This document shows, in pieces, positions 26,392 through 37,877 of a stretch of DNA of 57,900 bases. Source of the stretch: Acidobacteriota bacterium (GTDB lineage: Bacteria; Acidobacteriota; Thermoanaerobaculia; Multivoradales; UBA5704); the NCBI GenBank assembly GCA_040005235.1, contig JBDTZG010000032.1, positions 1-57,900 on the forward strand. Reading direction: 5' to 3'. Under the pieces are notes generated by a model. It searched no databases and was not told the origin of the DNA. It saw only the letters and a list, made by a program, of their open reading frames with translations. A program made the translations under genes and the position numbers. Position 1 is the first letter of the stretch; every line of letters starts with the position of its first letter.

Positions 26392-27647
26392 GTACCCTGG
26401 CGGAATTGGAAAACACCTTCGCCGAGCGCGAACCTCAAGTTCTCGCCTTCGTTCCGGAAGAAAATCGCTTCGAACGTCTCCGCCGTGAGGCCGCCGATCT
26501 CGAAGCCCGCTACCCCGATCCCGGCAACCGCCCGCCGCTCTACGGCATGCCGGTCGGGATCAAAGACATCTTCCACGTTCAAGGCTTCGTAACGGAGGGC
26601 GGCAGCCATCTGCCGCCGGAGGTCTTGCAAGGCGAAGAAGGACCGGCGGTCACCGCTCTCCGCGCCGCGGGCGCGTTAATCCTCGGCAAGACGGTCTCGA
26701 CCGAATTCGCCTATTTCGCGCCCGGCCCGACGCGGAACCCCCGGAACCCCGAGCACACCCCCGGTGGATCGAGCAGCGGCTCGGCCGCCGCGGTGGGAGC
26801 CGGCCTCTGCCCGCTCACGCTCGGCACCCAGACCATCGGTTCGATCATCCGCCCCGCGGCGTATTGCGGCGTCGTTGGTTGGAAGCCGAGCTACGACCGG
26901 ATCTCGAAACAGGGCGTCATCCCGCTCGCCCCGTCGTTCGATCATGTCGGACTCTTCGCCCCCGACCTCGCGACCGTCCAGCGGGCGGCCCGCGTGCTCT
27001 GCCGAAACTGGCGCCCGTCGGCGCCCCGCTCGAAAGCCGCGGGAAAGCCTCGCCTGGGCCTGCCCGAAGGGCCCTATCTCGAAAGCGCTTGGCCCGAAGG
27101 GCAATCTCATTTCCAGAGAGTCGCCGAGCGCCTGGCCGGAGCGGGTTTTGAAGTCATTCCGATCCCGATCTTCGCCGACTTCGAGGAGATCGCCGCCCGC
27201 CATCGGCGCATCGTGGCGGCCGAAGCGGCCCGAGCCCACCAGGCGGCCGGCTGGTACCCCCGCTTCGCCGACCTCTACGAACGCCGCACGAAGGAGCTGT
27301 TCGAGCGCGGCCTTTCGATCTCCGACGCCGACCTCGCCCGGGACCTCGAAGACGCCGCGATGCTCCGCCCAGAGATCGAATCCGTAATGGACCGCGAAGG
27401 GATCGACCTGTGGATCTCACCGCCCGCCCAAGGCCCGGCCCCCAGGGGTTTGGGAAGTACGGGAGACCCGATCATGAACATCCCATGGACCCAAGCCGGC
27501 CTGCCCGCTCTCTGCCTCCCGGCAGGGGAGAACGGGGAGAGATTGCCGATGGGGCTCCAAGTCGTAGGACGCTTCGAAAGGGACGAAGAGCTGCTCGCGC
27601 TCGCTGGCGGCGGATTGGAAGCGGAGGTTCGGCGGTCGCGACGGTAG
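26388..27647 (+). CDS. amidase signature family enzyme
   Basis: 'GIKDI', 'PGGSSSGSAAAV', 'TQTIGSIIRPAAYCG'. Confidence 0.92.
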   Translation: MSTLAELENTFAEREPQVLAFVPEENRFERLRREAADLEARYPDPGNRPPLYGMPVGIKDIFHVQGFVTEGGSHLPPEVLQGEEGPAVTALRAAGALILGKTVSTEFAYFAPGPTRNPRNPEHTPGGSSSGSAAAVGAGLCPLTLGTQTIGSIIRPAAYCGVVGWKPSYDRISKQGVIPLAPSFDHVGLFAPDLATVQRAARVLCRNWRPSAPRSKAAGKPRLGLPEGPYLESAWPEGQSHFQRVAERLAGAGFEVIPIPIFADFEEIAARHRRIVAAEAARAHQAAGWYPRFADLYERRTKELFERGLSISDADLARDLEDAAMLRPEIESVMDREGIDLWISPPAQGPAPRGLGSTGDPIMNIPWTQAGLPALCLPAGENGERLPMGLQVVGRFERDEELLALAGGGLEAEVRRSRR

Positions 27648-27666
27648 CAAGGCCGGGAGGCGATCG

Positions 27667-28506
27667 ATGAGCAACCTCGAAACCCATCGACGATGGTTCG
27701 CGCGATTGATCACCGCGAATGCCGGTATTCCGGCGAGCGACCATGCTCTGATCGAAGCCTTCGCGACGACCCCGCGCGAAAGGTTTGTCAGCCCTGGACC
27801 TTGGAAAATCTTCACCCGCCTGGGATACATCGAAACGCCTTCGGACGATCCGGCGCTTTTGTATCAGGACGTGACGATCGGTTTGAAAAGCGAGAAACAG
27901 ATCAACAGCGGCCAACCGACACTCCACGCCCTCTGCCTTTCGGCCGTGGCGATGAAGGAGGGTGAGACCGTTCTTCACGTGGGGGCCGGCGCCGGCTACT
28001 ACTCGGCGATCCTCGCGAAACTCGTGGGGCCGAACGGCTCGGTCGTGGCTTACGAAATCGAAAGCGACCTGGCCGCGCAGGCAGCGGAGAACCTGGCGGA
28101 CGTTTCCCGGGTCTTGGTCCGGCCGGTCTCCGCCGCCGAGGGTCCATTACCGGCGTGCGATGTGATCTACGTCTGCGCCGGGGCCACCGATCCGCTCGAT
28201 ATATGGCTGGATGCGCTCCGCCCCGGCGGTCGCCTGCTCTTTCCCTTGACCCCGAACCAAGGGGCCGGCGCGATCCTGCTTGTCAGCCGCCGAGCCGACG
28301 ATACCTTCACCGCCCGGTTCCTCTGCGGCGCGCTGTTCATTCCCTGCGTCGGAGCGCGAGACGAAGAAACCGAGAAGAACCTCGCTGCGGCGTTTCTCCG
28401 CGGCGACATGGCCAAGGTGCGCTCCCTGCGACGCGGCACCGAGCCGGACGGCACCTCCTGGTGCGCCGGCCGAACTTGGTGGCTCTCGACCGAGTCGGTC
28501 GACTAG
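27667..28506 (+). CDS. protein-L-isoaspartate O-methyltransferase-like
   Basis: 'AFATTPRERF', 'VLHVGAGAGYYSAILA', 'LRPGGRLLFP'. Confidence 0.85.
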   Translation: MSNLETHRRWFARLITANAGIPASDHALIEAFATTPRERFVSPGPWKIFTRLGYIETPSDDPALLYQDVTIGLKSEKQINSGQPTLHALCLSAVAMKEGETVLHVGAGAGYYSAILAKLVGPNGSVVAYEIESDLAAQAAENLADVSRVLVRPVSAAEGPLPACDVIYVCAGATDPLDIWLDALRPGGRLLFPLTPNQGAGAILLVSRRADDTFTARFLCGALFIPCVGARDEETEKNLAAAFLRGDMAKVRSLRRGTEPDGTSWCAGRTWWLSTESVD

Positions 28507-28516
28507 GCAGTCGTCG

Positions 28517-29254
28517 TCACTCCACGTAACCGGTCAGCAGCGCCAGCTCCCAGTCGGGCCGATCGCGCTCCTTCGCGAGCGCGGCCATTGAGCGGTGATC
28601 GTAGGGGACCGTGAGGAGTTCCACGGTCCAGCCGCTTGTCCCGCGTTCGAGGATCGCGTAGCGTGCGTCGGGCGAGCCGTTTTGGACGGCGTGCATCGTC
28701 GGGTGGTCGTGGAAGAAGGCGGGGAGGCCGACGCTTCCGGGGTTCACGATCAGCTGGCCGCGGGCGTTTCGTACCGAGCGGGGGACGTGGGTGTGGCCGC
28801 AGGCGACGACCGGGTAGGCTTCAGGCCCTAGGCGAGTTTCGATCTCGCGGAGGTTCGCGAGGCGCGCTCCGCGGCCTTCGACGGTTTCTAGGAAGTATTC
28901 GTTGTCGCTTTCGGGTGTGCCGTGGCAGAGCAGCACCTCGGAATCGAGGCGCGCGGTGGGGGGGAAGGTGCGAAACCAGGCGAGCGCGTCGCGGGTGAGG
29001 CAGGACATCGCGTATTCGTCCGACGCGCCGCGTTCGCCGGGTCCGAGCGTGAGCAGCTGCCGCTCGTGGTTTCCCGCGATCGTGAGCCACCCTTCGGCCA
29101 TCAGGTACTGCGCGGTTTCAAGCGGCAGGAGCGGACCGGAGACGAGGTCGCCCAGGTTCACGATCTGATCGACGCCGCGTTTCTTGAGGTCGGCCGCGAC
29201 CGCTTCGAGCGCCGCGAGGTTGCCGTGGATGTCGGAGAGTAGAGCGATGCGCAT
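28517..29254 (-). CDS. metallophosphoesterase family protein
   Basis: 'SDIHGN', 'LGD', 'GNHE', 'GHTH', 'NPGSVG'. Confidence 0.92.
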   Translation of the reverse strand: MRIALLSDIHGNLAALEAVAADLKKRGVDQIVNLGDLVSGPLLPLETAQYLMAEGWLTIAGNHERQLLTLGPGERGASDEYAMSCLTRDALAWFRTFPPTARLDSEVLLCHGTPESDNEYFLETVEGRGARLANLREIETRLGPEAYPVVACGHTHVPRSVRNARGQLIVNPGSVGLPAFFHDHPTMHAVQNGSPDARYAILERGTSGWTVELLTVPYDHRSMAALAKERDRPDWELALLTGYVE

Positions 29255-29277
29255 CGGTTCGGATGTCCTCGATCAGG

Positions 29278-30486
<1,209 letters not shown>

Positions 30487-30489
30487 CGC

Positions 30490-31280
<791 letters not shown>

Positions 31281-31284
<4 letters not shown>

Positions 31285-32627
31285 GGTTTGGCGCTCGCCG
31301 TGGCGGTGTCGGTGATGACTTTCATCCCCTCTTTGAGCTCCGGCGAGCTGACCTCGGTAAACCGCCCGTCGGTCGGCCCGACCTTGACGTCGATCGGCAC
31401 CGGTTTGGCGTCCGACTTGCCGCCGCGCAAGATCCAGATCTTCTTGGCGGATTTCTTATCGCCATTCCCCTGCGCCGGACGGCCGCCACGGCCGCTTCCG
31501 CCGAAGCGCGGCGGACGCGGCATCAAGCTGCCGAGCAGCCCGCCGCCGCTTCCCGACGAGCCCTTGCGGTCGGCCGAGGGCGGCGTCCAGCGCAGGGCGG
31601 CGTTGGGCACCAAGAGCACTCCGTCGCGATGCATCGTGGTGATTTCGGCGTTGCCGGTCATGCCAGGTCGCAAAGAGAGGTCGTCGTTGGTGAAGGTGAG
31701 AATCGTCAGATAGGAGACGATCCCCTCGGTGACAGTAGAGCCGAGGCCCACGCGCGTCACATCCGCGGAGTAGGTGCGATCCGGATAGGCGTCGACCGAA
31801 AACGTGGCCTGCTCGCCCGCCCGGACATCGCCTACGTCGGCCTCGTCGACCGCCACCTGCAGCTCCATTTGCGAGAGGCTTTCGGCGATCGTAAACAGCA
31901 CGGGGGCGGAGAGCGAGGCCGCGACCGTCTGGCCCGGTTCCACCTTGCGCGCCAGGACGACGCCGTTGACCGGCGAGCGGATCGTCGCCTTGGTGACGTT
32001 CGTCTCGTTCGATCGCAAGTCGGCGAGCGTGTTCTGGACCGATCCTTGGGAGTTCTTGACGTCGGCCCTTGCCCGCTCGGCGTTCGCTTCGGCCGAATCC
32101 ATCTCGGTTTTCGACGGCACCTTGCCGCCCGAGAGCTTCGACACCTCGCGGAACCGCGCGAGGGTCGCCTGGGATTCCGTAACGGTTGCCTGCGCCTGTG
32201 TCACCCGAGCCTGAGCCGAGGAGAGGTCGGCGCGCGATTTGGCGACCGCGTCGTTGAGCTTCGAGGTGTCGAGCCGCGCGAGAACCTCGCCCGCCTGCAC
32301 CTGGTCGTTGTCGTCGACGTAGACCGTCTCCACCGTGCCCGACAGCTCGCTGCCGACGTCCACTTGATGAGTGGGGGCGAGGCTGCCGGTGGCAGAGACC
32401 GTGACGGTCAGGTTGCCCCGCGTCACCTCGGCGGTGACGTATTCGGGCTTCGCGGCGTTGCGCCGGGATTGGAGGAACAGAAAGAGTCCCAAGCCGGAAA
32501 GGGCGAGCACGAGGAGCACGACGCCCCAGCGCGCGCCGCGCCGCAGCAGGCTCGGCGATCCTTCCGCTGCGAGAATCCGCGCCAGGTCGGCATCTTTTCG
32601 AGCGGTGTCGTCGGTCGGGCTACTCAT
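31281..32627 (-). CDS. MacA-type periplasmic adaptor
   Basis: N-terminal TM; 'VGSELSG', 'IRSPVNG', 'VDEADVG', 'LRPGM'. Confidence 0.93.
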
Positions 32628-34036
32628 CGATTCGTTCCTTGAGGGTTGGCGAGCCCGTCTTCCGAGGCCGACCAGCCGCCGCCGAGCGCTTTGTACAGCT
32701 GGATCAGGGCGGTGGTGAGGTCGGCTTCGGTCGTTTTCAGGTTGTCGGCGGTCGAAAGCTCGGTTCGCTCGGCGTCGAGCACAGTTTGAAAATCGGAGAG
32801 GCCGGTGGAGTAGCGCTGGCGAGCGAGATCGGCCGCGCTGCGGGCCGACTCGTCGGCGAGCCGCAGAGCCTCCCGCCGCTCGCGGGTGCGGGCGAGCGAA
32901 ACGAGCGCGTTTTCTACCTCTTCGAGCGCCAGCAGGACGGTCGAGCGGTAGCTGGCGAGCGCCTGCTGCTCGCCGGCCTTTTGGATCTCGACCTGTTGGG
33001 CCAACCGGCCGCCATCGAAGATCGTCTCGGCGACCGAGAGGGCGAGCGAATGAGCGAGCGAGGTGCCGCCGGTCAAGGCGGCGAGCGAGATTCCGCCGAC
33101 TCCGAGCGAGCCGCTCAGGCGAAGGTTGGGATAGCGCGCCGCTTCGGCGACTCCGATCCGCGCGGTCTGCGCCGCGAGCGTCCGCTCGGCGGCCCGAACG
33201 TCGGGCCGCTGGCGCAGCACGTCGGCGGGAATCGCGACCGTCACCTGCTGGGGAACCGGCGGAATCGGCGCCGACTCCGCCACGCGATCCTCGATCGCTC
33301 CGGGGGCTTGGCCGAGCAGCACAGCGAGCCGGTTCTTCGCCGCTTCGAGACTCGTTTGGAGAGTGGGGATCTGCGCCCGCGTCTGTTCCCGCGCGGCGCG
33401 GGCCTGATCGACATCGAGCTGGCTCACCAGGCCCGCCTGGAAGCGCCAGCCGGTGAGATCGAGAGTCTCGCCCTGGCGCTTCAAGTTCTCCTGGGCGATG
33501 TCGATCCGGCTTTGCAACGAACGGACGTCGACGTAGTTGAGCGCCACCTCGGCGACGAGCGAAACCTGCGTGTCGTGAAGGCTTGCCTCACTCGATTCAA
33601 GATCGGCCCCGGCCGCTTCGATCGACCGCCGGCCGCCGCCGAAGACGTCGGGCTCCCAAGCGGCGTCGAATCCCGCGTCGTAGTGCTCGCCGGAGGAGCC
33701 GTTGCTGCGCGAGGCGCTCGCCGAGGCCGAAGCATCGACCGTGGGCAGCAGACCTGCCGCGGCCAGCTTGCGCCTCGCCCGAGCTTCGCGCAGACGCGCC
33801 CGGGCGAGATCGAGATCGGGGCTTGCCGCCAGGGAGTCCTCGATCAATCCGGTGAGAACGGGATCGCCCAGCTGTTGCCACCAGGCGGAGAGGTCACCGG
33901 CCGCAGCGCCTTCCGGCAGCGGCGAAGCCCAAGTTTCCGGCGCGTGGAGCTCGGCGGGCGTGGGCGCGCGGTAGTTCGGGCCGACCGCGCAGGAGGCGAG
34001 CGCGAGCAACGCGGCGGAGGCCAAGGTCCGCTTCAT
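32624..34036 (-). CDS. outer-membrane efflux lipoprotein (NodT/OprM/TolC family)
   Basis: Lipobox 'LASC', 'VGPNY', 'RPDVRAAE', 'LYKALGGGW'. Confidence 0.95.
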   Translation of the reverse strand: MKRTLASAALLALASCAVGPNYRAPTPAELHAPETWASPLPEGAAAGDLSAWWQQLGDPVLTGLIEDSLAASPDLDLARARLREARARRKLAAAGLLPTVDASASASASRSNGSSGEHYDAGFDAAWEPDVFGGGRRSIEAAGADLESSEASLHDTQVSLVAEVALNYVDVRSLQSRIDIAQENLKRQGETLDLTGWRFQAGLVSQLDVDQARAAREQTRAQIPTLQTSLEAAKNRLAVLLGQAPGAIEDRVAESAPIPPVPQQVTVAIPADVLRQRPDVRAAERTLAAQTARIGVAEAARYPNLRLSGSLGVGGISLAALTGGTSLAHSLALSVAETIFDGGRLAQQVEIQKAGEQQALASYRSTVLLALEEVENALVSLARTRERREALRLADESARSAADLARQRYSTGLSDFQTVLDAERTELSTADNLKTTEADLTTALIQLYKALGGGWSASEDGLANPQGTNR

Positions 34037-34118
34037 TCCGTCCCCTTCTTTCTGGGAAATCGTGGCAGGAGGTCAATCGGCTTTCGAGCTTCTGGTCCTC
34101 GGCCTTCCCTCTTCTTTT

Positions 34119-34292
34119 TCAGCCCTTGAACGCCGCGGCCGCCAAGATGAGGAGGATGAGGATGAAGCAGACTCGGGCGGCGTTGATCAGATGGGTATGC
34201 GCGACATGGCGCGTCCCTTTCGGCTTGATCCCCGTGAGAGCGATCAACGCGGTGACGGCGGCGGCAATCCACAACATGACGATCCAACTCAT
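34119..34292 (-). CDS. 57-aa two-TM small membrane protein (not in ORF track)
   Basis: AGGAGG RBS; MSWIVMLWIAAAVTALIALTGIKPKGTRHVAHTHLINAARVCFILILLILAAAAFKG. Confidence 0.65.
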   Translation of the reverse strand: MSWIVMLWIAAAVTALIALTGIKPKGTRHVAHTHLINAARVCFILILLILAAAAFKG

Positions 34293-34435
34293 GACATCCC
34301 CTCCTCAATCGATACCCGGTATCGAATCCGGGATCCGATGCGCCCCCATGGCGCACGCCTCAACAGGGAGCAAGCCGTGTGCCACGGAGGGGGTTGAGAT
34401 GTAAAGTTAAGGTAAGCGTCGAGGAGGGCGTGTTC

Positions 34436-35422
<987 letters not shown>

Positions 35423-35437
35423 GTCAGGGGCCTGAAG

Positions 35438-35671
35438 TCAAACCCGATCGCGCAGCTCGCTCGAGCCGGACTCCTTCGCGCAGTGGGCGCAGCAGTACAT
35501 CACCCCTGCGGCCTCGACGCCGTGACCGATGATCCGGCAGCCGCAATGGTTGCAGACCGGCGCCAGGGCGTGGATCGCACACTCGAAGCTGTCGAAGGCA
35601 TAGGTCTTGCCGGCCAAGGTGACCTCGAAGCTCTTGTCGTAGTCGTTACCGCACACGGTACAGGTTGCCAT
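35438..35671 (-). CDS. small Cys/His-rich metal-binding (metallothionein-like) protein
   Basis: AAGGAG RBS; CxxC, 'FDSFECA', CxHCGC, CCAHC. Confidence 0.8.
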   Translation of the reverse strand: MATCTVCGNDYDKSFEVTLAGKTYAFDSFECAIHALAPVCNHCGCRIIGHGVEAAGVMYCCAHCAKESGSSELRDRV

Positions 35672-35768
35672 GGTAAGAACTCCTTTCGGCAGGCATATGG
35701 CTGCAATCGCAATGCCGCAATCGAAAACCTCCTCGATGCCGGTGTGGCACGGCCGCGCGCAGGCGGGG

Positions 35769-36545
35769 TCAACCAGCGCCGGGGTAGGGCCTGATTTGGA
35801 AGTTGATCGTCAGGACGTAATAGACCCTAACCGGCGAACCATTCAGCTGAGCCGGCCGGAAGCGCCAGAAGCGAAGCGCTTCGAGCGCCGCCAGATCGAG
35901 CGACGCCGAACCGCTTCCCTGGAGTAGGCGAGGGGACGAAACGTCTCCATCGACCCCGATGATCACCTCCGAGACGACAGTGCCGGTGATGTTTGCGCGG
36001 CGAAGACTGGGTGGGTAGTGGGGATTTTTCCTTGAGACGATCTCCGGTCGCGATACCTTGCCGGGCTCTGGAAGATCGCTAACGCTGGGTACAAGCACGG
36101 TGGCCTTCTCAGTCTCCTTTTCCTCGCTTCCCCGCTCCAGCAGGTCCGCGACCGTCGTACCGTAAGCCGCAGCCCGATCGATCCCTTTGAGCTTGGGGTC
36201 GAAAGAGAGTGCGACGTTCAAGTCCCAGAGGGCGTCGAGCTCCTCTCCCAGGCCGGCCTCGGCGATCGCCCTCTGAAACGTGACGATGGCGAGGATGGTC
36301 GCGGCTCCCTGGCCGCTTTCGACTCCGTCGATCATCTCATCGCGAAGGCGAATGGACTCTTTCTTCGCCTTTCTGAAGCTCTGGTTTCGCAGGAGGGCCT
36401 CGATCTCATCGATCCGGCGTTTCCAGTCGGCCTTGACCTTGGCTGCGTCGATCAAATCTTTGCGGCCGGCGATCCCTGCCGACGGAGCGAAGGCGGCGAG
36501 CGCCAGAGTCAGTCCCAAAGCCATTCGAACCCTTTGTTTCATCAC
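35769..36545 (-). CDS. exported protein with C-terminal TonB_C domain
   Basis: Signal peptide; 'PHYPPSLRRANITGTV', 'LDLAALEALRFWRFRPA'. Confidence 0.82.
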   Translation of the reverse strand: MMKQRVRMALGLTLALAAFAPSAGIAGRKDLIDAAKVKADWKRRIDEIEALLRNQSFRKAKKESIRLRDEMIDGVESGQGAATILAIVTFQRAIAEAGLGEELDALWDLNVALSFDPKLKGIDRAAAYGTTVADLLERGSEEKETEKATVLVPSVSDLPEPGKVSRPEIVSRKNPHYPPSLRRANITGTVVSEVIIGVDGDVSSPRLLQGSGSASLDLAALEALRFWRFRPAQLNGSPVRVYYVLTINFQIRPYPGAG

Positions 36546-36653
36546 TATGGTGCCCTCCTGAGAGATCGGGTTTCTCGCTCAGATCCTATTTGGAGAAAAT
36601 GACACGGAACGGAGGGTGGGGTGTGCGTTTTTTGCGGTGGCCAACGAGTGGGC

Positions 36654-37862
36654 TCAGCGCTTCTTCGGCTTCGGCGCGATCCGGATCGCATCGCCTTCGC
36701 GCTTCCAGGCGTAGCCCTTGCCGTCGAGCACCTGGGTCAACGCCGTTTCCCACGGGATGTCGTCCACCTGCAGGGCGACGCCGAGGTCTGCGATCTTCTC
36801 GTCGAGGCCCTGGATCTTCAATCCAGTGGTCGTCTCGAACATGTGGAGGACGTCGCCGAGGGCGGCGTTGGTGACGTGGATCGTAATGGGCTCACCGGGG
36901 CAGGACCTGTGCTGGAACATGTCGCCCGGAAAGCCGGAGGCGGCGACCAGGCGCTCGCCTTCGGCGCGGTCGGCCGCGGAAAGCTTCGGGGCCAAAGCGT
37001 CGCGCTTTTCTTCGCCTTCAGCGAAGCCGCGTTTCGCGGCGAGGCCGTACCAGGTATAGGCGCAGACTGGGCTTTTCTCGATGCCTCGGCCCAGCTCGTA
37101 TGCTTCGCCCAGGGCGGTCATCGAGGCGTTGTAATCATTTCCGGCGGCGCGGATGAACAGCCGCACGGCTTCCTTGTCGTCTTTGGCGACTCCTCGGCCG
37201 GCGGCGTACATCTCGGCCAGGCTGTGCTCGCCGGAGGCGTTGTTTTGATCGGCGGCCTTCTTGAACCAGAGCACGGCCTCGGCGTCGTCCCGCGCCACGC
37301 CGCTGCCGTAGGCATAAAGCGAACCGAGGCTCGATTGGGCCTCCGGGTTGCCTTGATCGGCGGCGCGGCGATACCACTTGGCCGCTTCGGCCGGATCGAC
37401 CGGCAATCCGCCCTCGCCGAACTCGTAGGAGCTGCCTAGCCAGAATTGTGAGCTCGCCTGCCCCTGGTCGGCCGCGCGGCGGAACCATTGGACCGCCTCG
37501 GCCTGATTTTTCTCGACCACGTCGCCGCTCCACAGCATGAGGCCCAGCTGATGTTGCCCTTCGGCGCTTTCCTTCTCGGCGGCGCGGCGGTACCAAAGAG
37601 CGGATTCGGTTTTGCTTTCCGGCGTCGCCTCCGCGCCATAGGACAGCTCGTCCGCGAGGTCGAGCAGCGCCTGCGGCGCGCCGGACTTGGCGGCAGCCCG
37701 CAATTCGGCGAGAGTTTTTGGGGGAGCCGGATCGTCCGCCCGTAGCGCCGGGGCGAAGATTGAAAGCGCGAACGCGGCGGCGGCGATTGCCGTCCAGGAG
37801 AATCTTTGAAGGCGGGTGGACTGAGAAAGGGAGGTTTGGGCAAATTTCGCAAGGGTCGGCAT
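36654..37862 (-). CDS. Sel1-repeat protein with C-terminal STN/secretin-N-like domain
   Basis: Repeated 'A.xWyRRAAdqG' Sel1 motifs; C-terminal 'ITIHVTNAALGDVL...VDDIPWETALTQVL'. Confidence 0.82.
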   Translation of the reverse strand: MPTLAKFAQTSLSQSTRLQRFSWTAIAAAAFALSIFAPALRADDPAPPKTLAELRAAAKSGAPQALLDLADELSYGAEATPESKTESALWYRRAAEKESAEGQHQLGLMLWSGDVVEKNQAEAVQWFRRAADQGQASSQFWLGSSYEFGEGGLPVDPAEAAKWYRRAADQGNPEAQSSLGSLYAYGSGVARDDAEAVLWFKKAADQNNASGEHSLAEMYAAGRGVAKDDKEAVRLFIRAAGNDYNASMTALGEAYELGRGIEKSPVCAYTWYGLAAKRGFAEGEEKRDALAPKLSAADRAEGERLVAASGFPGDMFQHRSCPGEPITIHVTNAALGDVLHMFETTTGLKIQGLDEKIADLGVALQVDDIPWETALTQVLDGKGYAWKREGDAIRIAPKPKKR

Positions 37863-37877
37863 GGTGCTCGAATTTTT

